From IMG/VR virus record IMGVR_UViG_3300043120_000036, positions 1 through 31,178 of that record: DNA of 31,178 nt. One strand, written 5' to 3'. Under the pieces are notes generated by a model. It did not search any database, was not told where the DNA came from, and saw only the letters and a program-made list of their open reading frames with translations. This document shows, one piece after another, positions 9,445-19,414 of the stretch. Source of the DNA: a virus. Lineage: Duplodnaviria > Caudoviricetes. Both the position numbers and the translations under genes were made by a program. Positions within the stretch are counted from its first letter, which is position 1, and every line of letters begins with the position of its first letter.

Positions 9445-9848
9445 TCGTAACTGATTTCAATCCAGCAGCAGTTACCCCGTTGAAAACCGAACTGGCGAAA
9501 GTTCCTCAGTTCGGTGACGACGCAGAAATGGTGGTATCAGAACTGTCAGGTAAGTGTCGAGCATACCGTGATCGATTGGCAAAGCATGTTAGAGAACTTG
9601 ATGGGTTATCTGAAGATGAAAAGTCAAATCTCGGACTGTTTGTCATGCTGGTTCCATGCATTGTTCACCCCGATACTCGTGACCCTTTGATCACTATTGA
9701 CCAGTTTGTTGAGTTTGCTGGTATATGCAGTGAAGAAACGACTAATTCGTTGCTGGAGGCTTATGCTAAAGTGAATCCAAAGGTTGTGGAAGAAGTCATC
9801 GACGAAACCAAAACCACTAAAATGCGGGAAAAAAAAAGCAAGTCCTGA
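9441..9848 (+). CDS. tail assembly chaperone (lambda gpG-equivalent)
   Basis: Follows the tail tube gene; ends over a slippery GGG-A9 run. Confidence 0.85.
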   Translation: MIVTDFNPAAVTPLKTELAKVPQFGDDAEMVVSELSGKCRAYRDRLAKHVRELDGLSEDEKSNLGLFVMLVPCIVHPDTRDPLITIDQFVEFAGICSEETTNSLLEAYAKVNPKVVEEVIDETKTTKMREKKSKS

Positions 9849-10063
9849 CGGACCCTTACCAGTATCTGATTTATAACATCTGGTTTCTCACACACCGCCC
9901 TATCTTTGAGATTGAAAACTGGCCAGCCAGCGAACTCGATAGATGGGCGGTTTTTTTGTCTATTAATCCTAAGAAAGACAAACCTAACTTTTCTGAGTAC
10001 AATAAGAAAAACACCAGTGTTGACGCTTCTAAAGCTGCATTTAAACGATTGTTTGCGAGGTAA
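9836..10063 (+). CDS. -1 frameshift extension of tail assembly chaperone (gpT-equivalent; G-T fusion 9441-10063, ~207 aa)
   Basis: Open -1 frame with no ATG: KQVLTDPYQYLIYNIWFLTHRPIFEIENWPASELDRWAVFLSINPKK...FKRLFAR, stop 10061-10063, 2 nt before the next ATG; slippery A AAA AAA at 9830-9836. Confidence 0.85.
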   Translation, partial: KQVLTDPYQYLIYNIWFLTHRPIFEIENWPASELDRWAVFLSINPKKDKPNFSEYNKKNTSVDASKAAFKRLFAR

Positions 10064-10065
10064 TC

Positions 10066-10584
10066 ATGGCCAGAGGTTTAATCACTGTTACCAGTTCGGG
10101 TTTATCCGATATAGTGAAAGAGATTGAGGCTCTCGGTGACCACTATGACGAGATATTACTTGAATCACTGAAGTCAATGCAGAATATAGTTGAGGACGGT
10201 ATTCGAAAAAACTGGTCAACTATGACTGGTGGTAAAGTAGGTGATTATGTGTATGACAGTATTGGCCAATCAAGTGCATATAGTCAGCAGATGGAACATA
10301 CGGTTGTCGGTACTATGGGTGTATACAACATTGATGCTGTAACTGCAAAACACGGTAAAACGAGCAAAGACCTTAATGCAGCGCAAATCGCGTACTGGGT
10401 AGAGTTTGGCACATCAAGATTACGTTATGGTGGTCGAAAAGTTAAAGGCATGGAGTACAACGAGGAAGACCTGATACGGGTAAACCCTGTTCCGTTCGTA
10501 AGTAATGCAGCCTACCAAACCCGTGATGCTCAAGATAAGGCATTCATTAATAAGTTCAACGAACTGGCGGATAAGTACAAATGA
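10066..10584 (+). CDS. HK97 gp10-like tail/neck component
   Basis: AYWVEFGTS and PVPFVSNA motifs; GAGGT SD. Confidence 0.75.
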   Translation: MARGLITVTSSGLSDIVKEIEALGDHYDEILLESLKSMQNIVEDGIRKNWSTMTGGKVGDYVYDSIGQSSAYSQQMEHTVVGTMGVYNIDAVTAKHGKTSKDLNAAQIAYWVEFGTSRLRYGGRKVKGMEYNEEDLIRVNPVPFVSNAAYQTRDAQDKAFINKFNELADKYK

Positions 10585-13109
10585 CAGAATTACGCACGTT
10601 TAACATTCAGGCACATGTTGAAGGTAAATCCGGTCTAACCCAGCTTCGCCAGTTGACTGCCGCAGTAAAGGACGTCGATGCTGCCACTGAAGCATTAAAA
10701 CAGCAACTCGGCGAAGATACTCAGGTCACGGTAACCAACACTAAAACCAAGCGAGAACTAGCTAACGAGGCTCGTAAGTTACTCACTGAAATACAACGTA
10801 CCGAGCGTAATGTTGACCGATTAACTGAGTCATACCGTCAGCAAACAGCCATGCTCGGTATGACTGCTAACGAAGCCGAACAGTATCGTGCTGTAATGGC
10901 GCTTGGTTCCAATGCAACAGAAGCCCAACGCAATGCTGTTCGCCAGTCTGTAATTGAATACCAGAACATGAGGAATGCGACCGGTAACGCGCAAGGTTCA
11001 ATGCGTAATTTCCGTGGTGTAATGCAGAACTTCGGCTGGCAGATGCAGGACACCATCGTACAGCTTCAGATGGGTACGAGTGCGTTTACTGTATTATCGC
11101 AGCAGGGTTCTCAGATGGCGGCTGCATTCGGGCCAGGAGGGGCTTTGATTGGCGCTCTCATTGCAGTTGCTGGCGTTATCGGCGGTACGTTGTTCAAGAG
11201 TATTGTGAATACTAAGAGTGCCACCCAACAACTCACCGAAGCACTGAAAATACAAAATGAAGTGGTATCAGTTAGTGACAAAGGGGTTACCGAACTCGCT
11301 GATTCATTTAATAAGCTGTATATCCGAGATCAAGCCCTTGCTAAGCTAAAGCTGGCTGAAGGTCTGATTAATGCGCGTAATATCATTCGTACATCAGGTG
11401 CTGAGATCGAGAACGCCTATGGTAATATTTCAGTGGGGTTAACCAAGGTCGCCATTAACATGGCTAACCCATTTGGTGATACTAGTAAATCGACATTAAA
11501 TGACTTCCTGGATAATATCGGTATTAAAGCTGACAAGATCGGGTCTACTAGCCGAAATAAAATTAGCGGTTTTATGGACTCACTAAATGCATTATCGAGT
11601 TCAACCTGGAAAGGTAGTGCAGACGATATCACCAGTGTCATCAATACGCTTGAACAAGGTACTCAAACACTAGTTGATGCGGGCGCCAGTGGTAGTAAGT
11701 TTAGTGCCTTTCTTAAAGGTATTACAGAAAACCTGAAAAACCTAAAGAATAGCCGGGATGCTATTTTACTGTATGAACAATTAACCAAAGACCCTGAAAA
11801 ACTGGATGAAACAGCCGGGGCAGCAGCTAAGGCGAACTCAGACATTCAAAAGTTAACTGACTCATTGACGAAGCAAGCAGCCACCCTTGGTTTAAATGAA
11901 ACTCAGTTGACCGAATATAACATCATCAACTCAAAAGCTTCTGACTTCGATAAAGCGAGGGCGTTAGCCATCCTTGAACAAGTGGACGCTAAACGTAAAC
12001 AAATAGAAAAAGAAAAGGAATATGCGGCACTACAGGATAAAGAGAATAATGACTTTGAGAGGTTACTTAATAAGGGAACAAATGACACTGAGTCTGAATA
12101 TACCCGTCGTTATAATATCATTAAGGCTTACTCTGAAAACGTCGGCGCTGACCAGGCTAAGGTTGCTAAAGCTTATTCTGACCTAGAAAAGTGGAAAACT
12201 GATGAGTTAACTAAAGAATATAATAAACGTGAAGCTGTTCGCTTACGTATTCAGAAGGCAGCAGCTAAGACGTTAGGTAATGAAACCCCACTAACATTAG
12301 AAAATGACACATATAAACAGAACAAGGGACTGTTAACTGAACAGTTAGCTAAAGCCACTGAAGCCGATGAAATAGCTCGTATCAATAAAGTGATGGAAGA
12401 TGAAGAAGCACGTCATACGGAAGCTGTGAAACAACTCAGACTGCAGCAATTACAGGCCGGGCTGACAGCTATCAGTGGCGCTGCAACTATGGCCACCAGT
12501 ATTGTTGACATGATGACTAATGGTGTTGAGCAAATTAAAAACCAGACTGCTGAGATGAATGCGTTTCAGAAGACTATGTTCCTGGTCACACAAACCATTG
12601 CTGCCGCACAGGCTATAATAAATGGTATTGATATTGGCATGAAGCTAGCTGCGGCATTCCCACTAGCAGCGCCTGAAATGATCGCACTGGGAACCGGACT
12701 TGGTGCAGCTCAAGCCGGTGTTATTATGGGAACAACGTTTGCCGGTACATTCGATAATGGTGGTTATATCCCTGCTGGCGCTACCGGTATCATGTCTGAA
12801 TACGGTACTGAGATTGCCAACGGTGCGTTAGTGCAAGGCCCTGCACAAATCACTAGCAGGGAAGATACTGCCGCATTGCTGGCTGGTTCAGGTGGTGGAG
12901 GGTATAACCTCACCATCGAGAATCGTATTCCGAGTGGAAACTATAGCGTGGTTAAAGATGGTGATAACTCTATGAAAATTATTGCTGAACAAGTATTTAA
13001 CCAAAATATTGATGGTGGGGTTGCTAACGTATTAAATAGTAGTAATAGTAAGTCAGCTAAATCGTTACGGTCGAATTATCAAGTAAGGAGGAACCTCGGT
13101 GGCAACTAA
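10581..13109 (+). CDS. tape measure protein
   Basis: Long helical Ala/Gln/Lys-rich protein; NFGWQMQDTIVQLQMG...QQGSQM motif; C-terminal FDNGGYIP. Confidence 0.93.
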   Translation: MTELRTFNIQAHVEGKSGLTQLRQLTAAVKDVDAATEALKQQLGEDTQVTVTNTKTKRELANEARKLLTEIQRTERNVDRLTESYRQQTAMLGMTANEAEQYRAVMALGSNATEAQRNAVRQSVIEYQNMRNATGNAQGSMRNFRGVMQNFGWQMQDTIVQLQMGTSAFTVLSQQGSQMAAAFGPGGALIGALIAVAGVIGGTLFKSIVNTKSATQQLTEALKIQNEVVSVSDKGVTELADSFNKLYIRDQALAKLKLAEGLINARNIIRTSGAEIENAYGNISVGLTKVAINMANPFGDTSKSTLNDFLDNIGIKADKIGSTSRNKISGFMDSLNALSSSTWKGSADDITSVINTLEQGTQTLVDAGASGSKFSAFLKGITENLKNLKNSRDAILLYEQLTKDPEKLDETAGAAAKANSDIQKLTDSLTKQAATLGLNETQLTEYNIINSKASDFDKARALAILEQVDAKRKQIEKEKEYAALQDKENNDFERLLNKGTNDTESEYTRRYNIIKAYSENVGADQAKVAKAYSDLEKWKTDELTKEYNKREAVRLRIQKAAAKTLGNETPLTLENDTYKQNKGLLTEQLAKATEADEIARINKVMEDEEARHTEAVKQLRLQQLQAGLTAISGAATMATSIVDMMTNGVEQIKNQTAEMNAFQKTMFLVTQTIAAAQAIINGIDIGMKLAAAFPLAAPEMIALGTGLGAAQAGVIMGTTFAGTFDNGGYIPAGATGIMSEYGTEIANGALVQGPAQITSREDTAALLAGSGGGGYNLTIENRIPSGNYSVVKDGDNSMKIIAEQVFNQNIDGGVANVLNSSNSKSAKSLRSNYQVRRNLGGN

Positions 13110-13596
13110 AGGTGATATTTCCGATTTAGACGAACTTATCTTCGGTGGTAAGCCAATCGTTCCACAAGTGGCTATCGGCGGCTACAGCATGTATAAGCGC
13201 ACCGGTGTCACTCAGAATGACGTTGCCGGTGGTGCAACACGTCAGCGACGTCGGTTCCACGGTACACCAATTGTCGCGTCGGCCACGTTTTTCCTCGAAA
13301 CACCTGAGATGCAGGATTTTATCCGTGTATTTATCGAGCGTAACACTGGTAAATACTTTGTATGTCACACCGAGGCCGACCGTAAAATAGTGGAACCTTA
13401 CGTGGTTCAGGTATTAGGAGACTGGGACGAGTCCGATATCAACGCTGTGGATTCTACTGTCACCGTGACAATGGAAATTATATCTGTGCGTGACCCTGAC
13501 TTAGACGACTCTTTATATGTTCTCTACACAGGTGTTGAGAACGTCGAGGGCTCGCTGCTATCACTGGAACACTTGGTTGAGACTTATCCGTTATGA
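13099..13596 (+). CDS. distal tail (Dit)/minor tail protein
   Basis: Position after TMP; VAGGATRQRRRF motif; GTG start with AGGAGG SD. Confidence 0.75.
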   Translation: MATKGDISDLDELIFGGKPIVPQVAIGGYSMYKRTGVTQNDVAGGATRQRRRFHGTPIVASATFFLETPEMQDFIRVFIERNTGKYFVCHTEADRKIVEPYVVQVLGDWDESDINAVDSTVTVTMEIISVRDPDLDDSLYVLYTGVENVEGSLLSLEHLVETYPL

Positions 13597-14108
13597 CCTC
13601 AGATGAATTAAAGGCGATCTACGCCAGTGCACCTGTCAACTCCACTGCTTTCGAAGTGGTCACACTTAGTGCGCCATGGTACTCACGGACGTATCATTTG
13701 CAGAATGTTTACACTGGTGATCTTGAGGTCACCCTTGAAACTGCTGAAACAGTGACTGCCGAGTACGCACCAATGTCACTGGCACAGGCCAACAGTAATG
13801 CCGACCTCAATTATGAACGTGAAATTGTTATCCAGATGCTCAATGACCTGATTGCCGCTGAGATGGACAGGTTCGACCCTAGCCTTTACAGTTGGTTAGA
13901 CCAGACAATCACTGTTCGAAGTTACATTTACTATCGTGACGGTACTGTGAGTTCACTGCAGTCTACACCGGTTGAAATGCCGATACGTGATATCACTAAT
14001 AACACTATAGGGTCGAAGATTCGTGTTGCCTCGAAACCAAGCAATGAGTCCGCCACAGGTGAGATAGCGACAATCGCCCGGGTGCCGATGCTAAAGCCTT
14101 ATGCGTGA
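13593..14108 (+). CDS. minor tail protein (DUF1833-like)
   Basis: IYASAP...FEVVTLSAPW N-terminus; tail tip synteny. Confidence 0.72.
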   Translation: MTSDELKAIYASAPVNSTAFEVVTLSAPWYSRTYHLQNVYTGDLEVTLETAETVTAEYAPMSLAQANSNADLNYEREIVIQMLNDLIAAEMDRFDPSLYSWLDQTITVRSYIYYRDGTVSSLQSTPVEMPIRDITNNTIGSKIRVASKPSNESATGEIATIARVPMLKPYA

Positions 14109-14478
14109 GTATATTGGTCGTCATTATAATATTGACAATTATCACTGTGCTAACCTGGTAGCAGATTATTACCGGGATAAATTTAACGTCGAGTTACCCG
14201 TTAATGAAGCGTTTAACGTGTCGTTCACAAGATGGATGCGAAAGCACTGTGAACCGATAGCGTTACCAGTTAACGATTGCATAGTCAGGATGCGTAAAGA
14301 TGGGCGAACTCATGTAGGAATCTATACTGAATATGGTGTCCTACACAACTTCAAACCTTTTTACGGACTTGGTTCCGTAGTACACTGGCCATTAGGTGTT
14401 GTGACCAGAAATTACGACAAGGTGGAATATTTTAAATGGTCAGAATTAGATACTACGAAGACCCAACCAAGGACGTGA
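14101..14478 (+). CDS. NlpC/P60-like tail assembly peptidase
   Basis: YHCANLV (catalytic Cys candidate), HVGIY, VLH motifs; position equivalent to lambda K. Confidence 0.8.
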   Translation: MREYIGRHYNIDNYHCANLVADYYRDKFNVELPVNEAFNVSFTRWMRKHCEPIALPVNDCIVRMRKDGRTHVGIYTEYGVLHNFKPFYGLGSVVHWPLGVVTRNYDKVEYFKWSELDTTKTQPRT

Positions 14479-17237
14479 CGATTGACCGTGAGTATGAGAC
14501 TGTCGGTCATTTTATCCTTGCTGAGTTTCCTGCTGCAAGCCGTGAGACACTATTAGACCTGTTGTTCTTCGACGGTGAAGTCCTTGGCCACCAGATAGAC
14601 ACTAAAACCGAACACAGTGCGTTTATCGACGTCAATGAAGGTGTCATAGCTGTCACTCACGACTCAATGCTACCACGTGACCCAGCTACGTGGGGTTACA
14701 TTATTGTCGCGGTCATTTTCGCTGCTGCTGCAATACTGTTGGCACCGAGTATCCCTGATGTGTCTACTGACCAACAGAGTTCGACTAACCGTCTCGGTGA
14801 TACCAATAACAGTGTGAGACTGAATAAGCGTATTGACGACATTTTCGGGACAGTCAGCAAACACATGCCTTCACTGTGGCAGGTGCCGTACCGTATTGGG
14901 GTTAATAACGAGGAAACTGAGGTACTGTTTCTCTGTGTAGGTCGTGGTAAATACGACATTAACACCAATAACTGGTATGATGGTGACACCCCTGTCGTCA
15001 ACATCCCCAATGCTGCGGTGAGTATCTATGAGCCTGGCACACACCCGGGTAACGGGTCACCTGCTCAACAGATTGGTGACCTGGTTACAGAACCTATCGG
15101 TATTTATCGCCAGTCGAATGACCTTAACCCTGCAGAATTATTACCACCTAATGAACTGGAAAATGCAGGTATCAAGTGGCAGATCACAGGGACTGCAACC
15201 AGTGCAACATTAACCGCAACCAGTATCCCTGATGGTTTTAAGTTTTCCGAATACTACACTGTCGGCCAACTGCTCACTTTATCAGGTGTGATTTACGCAG
15301 CGGATGACGGTACGGTTACCCTTTATGAATATGGCGGTGACAATAGTTACTATAACTCAAAGGTGTACTCAAAATTAACCAATCCTGTTGATCTCGGTGA
15401 AGGAGGAACAATCCAATACGAGGTGACTGCGGTTACGTCAGACTCTATCACCGTTGACATTCCAACGGATGCAAGTACCGAGGTGAAAGACGCCTTGGCC
15501 GCTATGACTAACTACGTTCCTGTTGAAAGTGCGTATCTACTCACATCCAGTAGCGGTTTAAATGTGTACTCTGATGACAGGTATGTTCTATACACACCGC
15601 TGTTCGACAAGGTTGACGACGGTGCGGGTGGTTTCAATTATCACCCTGTCACTGTCAGCGATCAAGAATACGCACCTTTAATATCAGTGCCTTTCTCCAA
15701 TGGTATTGGTCCATTATTTGTACCAAACGGTGCCACAGAGATAATATTGAACTTCGTCAGCACCAGTGGTTTCTATAAACTCAATGGCAGTTCAGAGGTT
15801 GCCGTCGATGCCAATATTAGGATCACTAACATCGAACTCGATAGTAACGGAGTCGAGACGGGTAACTTTACCGTCACTAATTTCCCTTATTCAAGTAATG
15901 AGACTAAGTTGCGTTTCTCGGTGTTCCAGACCGCACGAATAGCACTGCCTTACACGTATAGTAAAGTGTTTGTTGAACGTACCACAGACCGTGATAAGTC
16001 CAGTAATGTCAGTAATGTCGATAAAATCGAATGGCGTGATTTCTACAGCTATGAACCTGTGTCGGTGTCAAGCTTTGGTGACGTGACTACCGCTCATGTG
16101 GTCATACCGAGTAACTCGCAATCTCGACTTGTTAAAGAGCGTAAACAGAATGTTGATTTAACCCGTAAGATCACCCAATACCTCGGAAACGGTATTTTCG
16201 GAACCACTGAGAGTTATGCGACCGACGACTTTAGTCAGATCCTCATTCATACTGCACTTGACCCACGTATTGGCCGGTTACAGTTAAAGCATATTAATGC
16301 CGACGGTTTCTTACTACTTAAACAGGAGATTCTTGATTACTTCGGTGACCCCGAGATGATTAAGTTCGGTTATGACTTCGATGATGCGGGATTGACCTTC
16401 CAGGACACGTTCATTGCTATATGTAAGGCTGTGATGTGCTTACCGTATGTTCAACAGGGCGTGTATGATGCGTTCTTCGAGAAGTTGCAGCCGACGTCAT
16501 CGATGCAAATAACCGTTCGTAACAAGTTACCTGACTCTGAAACCCGTAACACCACGTATGAACGTAATAACGACGGTGTACAAATTACCTACCGTGATAA
16601 CAATGGCGGTGTTAGTAATGTCATTGAGTACCCCACAGATGGTTCAAGTATTAACCCTGAAACCGAGGACGTCAAAGGCATCACCACCGAGTTACAGGCT
16701 TACCGATATGCACTGCGTAAGTACAACAAACAGGTTCACCGTCGCGTCGCTGTGACATTTGACGTCGATGATTTCGGTCGTAACGTGATACCCGGTAAAC
16801 GTATTGATAGCCCGGATAGCACCCGTTTCACTAAGCGCCCAGGTGTTGCCGATGGTTACCGTGTGTACGATGGCCACGTAGTTGAGGTTAATGGTTTGAA
16901 TGTAGAATTGTCCGACCCTGTTGAGTTCACACCAGGTGAAGGCCATTACATCACGTTTACCACTGAAACCGGTGATATCAGTAGTGCGATTCTATGTACC
17001 CGGGTGAGTGACAACGTGGTTCAGTTATCATCACTACCATCGGAAGCGATTTACGACGGGTATAGTCGTGATAAAACCACCTATGTGTTTGCTTCAGAAC
17101 AACTTAGAGATTCGGTGGCATTGATACCACAGACAATTGAGTCTAACATAGACACTGATGGTGTTGAAACCAACACAATTAACTCTATTAACTATTCTGA
17201 CCGTTACTATGACGGTGATACGGAGTACCCAGCATGA
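14436..17237 (+). CDS. central tail tip / host specificity J-like protein
   Basis: 933 aa; hydrophobic patch followed by SSTNRL...N.VRLNKRIDDIFG, LCVGRGKY motifs; position. Confidence 0.85.
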   Translation: MVRIRYYEDPTKDVTIDREYETVGHFILAEFPAASRETLLDLLFFDGEVLGHQIDTKTEHSAFIDVNEGVIAVTHDSMLPRDPATWGYIIVAVIFAAAAILLAPSIPDVSTDQQSSTNRLGDTNNSVRLNKRIDDIFGTVSKHMPSLWQVPYRIGVNNEETEVLFLCVGRGKYDINTNNWYDGDTPVVNIPNAAVSIYEPGTHPGNGSPAQQIGDLVTEPIGIYRQSNDLNPAELLPPNELENAGIKWQITGTATSATLTATSIPDGFKFSEYYTVGQLLTLSGVIYAADDGTVTLYEYGGDNSYYNSKVYSKLTNPVDLGEGGTIQYEVTAVTSDSITVDIPTDASTEVKDALAAMTNYVPVESAYLLTSSSGLNVYSDDRYVLYTPLFDKVDDGAGGFNYHPVTVSDQEYAPLISVPFSNGIGPLFVPNGATEIILNFVSTSGFYKLNGSSEVAVDANIRITNIELDSNGVETGNFTVTNFPYSSNETKLRFSVFQTARIALPYTYSKVFVERTTDRDKSSNVSNVDKIEWRDFYSYEPVSVSSFGDVTTAHVVIPSNSQSRLVKERKQNVDLTRKITQYLGNGIFGTTESYATDDFSQILIHTALDPRIGRLQLKHINADGFLLLKQEILDYFGDPEMIKFGYDFDDAGLTFQDTFIAICKAVMCLPYVQQGVYDAFFEKLQPTSSMQITVRNKLPDSETRNTTYERNNDGVQITYRDNNGGVSNVIEYPTDGSSINPETEDVKGITTELQAYRYALRKYNKQVHRRVAVTFDVDDFGRNVIPGKRIDSPDSTRFTKRPGVADGYRVYDGHVVEVNGLNVELSDPVEFTPGEGHYITFTTETGDISSAILCTRVSDNVVQLSSLPSEAIYDGYSRDKTTYVFASEQLRDSVALIPQTIESNIDTDGVETNTINSINYSDRYYDGDTEYPA

Positions 17238-19264
17238 CATTAACTAAAGAGATTATAGAGGCTGCTGAGAAAGACTTTCAGTTTGTCGCCGACGTAGTTG
17301 AAGGAACCAGTGACACGGTACTGAACCCGAGAACGGGAAAATACGATAAATCGGTGAAATACGTTATTGATAGCATTGACTGGTCGTATGTTGGCAAGTT
17401 TGCTGATGGTGTTACATTCACTAAAAAAACAGATTTTGCAATCGATGCTGATGGGACGCAGTGGATTTATACTGGGTCACTTCCGTTTTCTGCTACTGCT
17501 GGCACTGTTCCGAACGAGCCGACTTATCAGGTGGTGCATGTTAGTGATCACAATCAGACGACTAACAGAAACGCAGTTGGTGCGCATGACCAGATTTATC
17601 GTAGAAAAACCACCGTTGCAGAAATCGAAAGTGGTGTTTTTTCAGTTGGTGATATATTAGAAGTATCTGATAGAGCAAATGCTCCATTTAATGTTGTCGC
17701 AGGCGGCACGCCAAACGGGTTTAATATTCTTGATGCTGGGAATGGTAATACTGCTGTTTACACTCCATCAGATAAAGTATCAAAAGATGCCGTTGGCTCT
17801 ACAAATTCTGTAATGTTATACGCAAAAGACAATGATAAGTTATCAATATTGTTAGGCTCTGGTGATGCAATAATAACTCCAGTTTTAATACCAAGTCTTG
17901 CAGAAATTGAGGGAACAAATTCAGCACTAGGAACAAGCGGTGGCACAGTAGATGGATACAACACAATTTCAAAAACTGGAACAGAAACGGTATTACTTGA
18001 CAATACAGACCCTAATACTCCTGCTCCTTGGACTGTAGATTGTATTGTGTATTTAGATCCTGAATTCAAGAATAACGCATACCCTCAAGGTTCTAAGTTA
18101 ACGAATGTTGCATTAAAAGGGACTGGTACAACTGAGGTTGGTTTAGCTGTTTTTCAAGGGTCTATTAATACTGAAAATCTTCAGGTTGACGGCTGTATTG
18201 AAGGATTTAAGTCACAAAATTCATGGTCAAGTCGTCATAATGGTATGAGGGTATATAATGGAGCGATATCATTTGGTGAGGGTACAAGCCAATCGCTTAA
18301 TCAATGCGCTGCAAAAGGTCACGCTTCTATTCGTGGAGCTTTTAATTTTGATACAGTGACATACTCTAATTTACGATGCTGTACTTCTGACTCATCTGAA
18401 AACGGCGCATTTGTCTTTAGCGATGTTTCAGGAATCACTATTACTAGCTGCGGCAATGAATCAGCATCAGTTGTTGATTCTGACGTAGGTCAAGCACTGA
18501 CATTTGACCAGTATTGTTACGCACATGTAGATGGTTATTTTTGTGTTCCTTCTGAAACATCAGATCATCTAATATACGTAGGTAATAATTGTGATTTACA
18601 GATAGATAATTTCATAGCTGATGGTGCTTCAAAAATTTACACTGGTGCAGATATTTTTATAGCTGGAAACAATAATCACGTTAAAGTTAAAGGTTATCGT
18701 TCTTATCAGAATGGAGTTCGCAAGCAAGAGCCTGTGGTTCATATGGCAACAAGTGGTGCCAGCGGTTCTCGCGTAACTGTAGAGCTTACAAACGGCAATC
18801 GAAAAAAATATTATCCTTCTTCTACAGAAAGTGCACCAAACTTCGAGTATGAAAATGAATCTGGTTCATTCACTCCAAATATGTACATCGGAGGAACTGA
18901 AGTAACAACGTATGCTGTCGCATCAGGTTCATATAAAAAGAATGGTGACACAGTAACAGCGCAGTTTACATTAAACGTTTCAGATTTAGGTGGTGGTGTT
19001 GGTGGTGTAACTATAGGGCTTGGAACTTTAACAGATACTTTAGTTCCAATTTCCACTAATGCAATCAACATGGGATATGTTGATGGTGTTGCTGCAAATA
19101 ATTTGCATGGAAATATATCAACTTCAACAAAATTAATTTCTGTTCAAAAGGATAATGGAACTACAGGATCTACAGCGTTGCTAGATACAGACTTAACAGC
19201 AAGTGTTGTATTAATCGGAACAATAACATTTACAGTAAATTCACAATTTACAACATATCTATAA
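17234..19264 (+). CDS. tailspike/receptor-binding protein, probable beta-helix polysaccharide-binding or depolymerase body
   Basis: N-terminal virion-anchoring region (YTGSLPF...AGTVP), beta-helix-like repeats in the middle, C-terminal GSFTP...GSYKKNGDTV. Confidence 0.82.
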   Translation: MTLTKEIIEAAEKDFQFVADVVEGTSDTVLNPRTGKYDKSVKYVIDSIDWSYVGKFADGVTFTKKTDFAIDADGTQWIYTGSLPFSATAGTVPNEPTYQVVHVSDHNQTTNRNAVGAHDQIYRRKTTVAEIESGVFSVGDILEVSDRANAPFNVVAGGTPNGFNILDAGNGNTAVYTPSDKVSKDAVGSTNSVMLYAKDNDKLSILLGSGDAIITPVLIPSLAEIEGTNSALGTSGGTVDGYNTISKTGTETVLLDNTDPNTPAPWTVDCIVYLDPEFKNNAYPQGSKLTNVALKGTGTTEVGLAVFQGSINTENLQVDGCIEGFKSQNSWSSRHNGMRVYNGAISFGEGTSQSLNQCAAKGHASIRGAFNFDTVTYSNLRCCTSDSSENGAFVFSDVSGITITSCGNESASVVDSDVGQALTFDQYCYAHVDGYFCVPSETSDHLIYVGNNCDLQIDNFIADGASKIYTGADIFIAGNNNHVKVKGYRSYQNGVRKQEPVVHMATSGASGSRVTVELTNGNRKKYYPSSTESAPNFEYENESGSFTPNMYIGGTEVTTYAVASGSYKKNGDTVTAQFTLNVSDLGGGVGGVTIGLGTLTDTLVPISTNAINMGYVDGVAANNLHGNISTSTKLISVQKDNGTTGSTALLDTDLTASVVLIGTITFTVNSQFTTYL

Positions 19265-19366
19265 GATAAACCCTCTGGGCTATGTCTTAAAAGATTTATT
19301 ATATTGTAGAGTCGATTAAAAGACTAGATCTAGGCTTCAATCATACATCGTCTGATATTATCTTTC

Positions 19367-19413
19367 ATTAAATACCATCAAAGATAACAAATTTATCTGC
19401 GATGGTATTTAAT
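19367..19413. repeat. 47-bp inverted repeat
   Basis: ATTAAATACCATC / GATGGTATTTAAT 13-bp perfect arms plus inner AGATAA / TTATCT. Confidence 0.85.
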
Positions 19414-19414
19414 T

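Noticed and set aside
9906-10127. 73-aa ORF from the track downstream of the chaperone
   Set aside because: TTG start without SD, overlaps the next gene by 62 nt; the -1 frame 9836-10063 fits better
306-19071. Numerous antisense and alternate-frame ORFs over structural genes (e.g. 5110-5547, 8146-8616, 9054-9434)
   Set aside because: Overlap well-supported genes, show no recognisable motifs; expected shadows of codon bias
19262-19289. Hairpin right after the tailspike stop as a terminator
   Set aside because: Stem is imperfect and lacks a U tract
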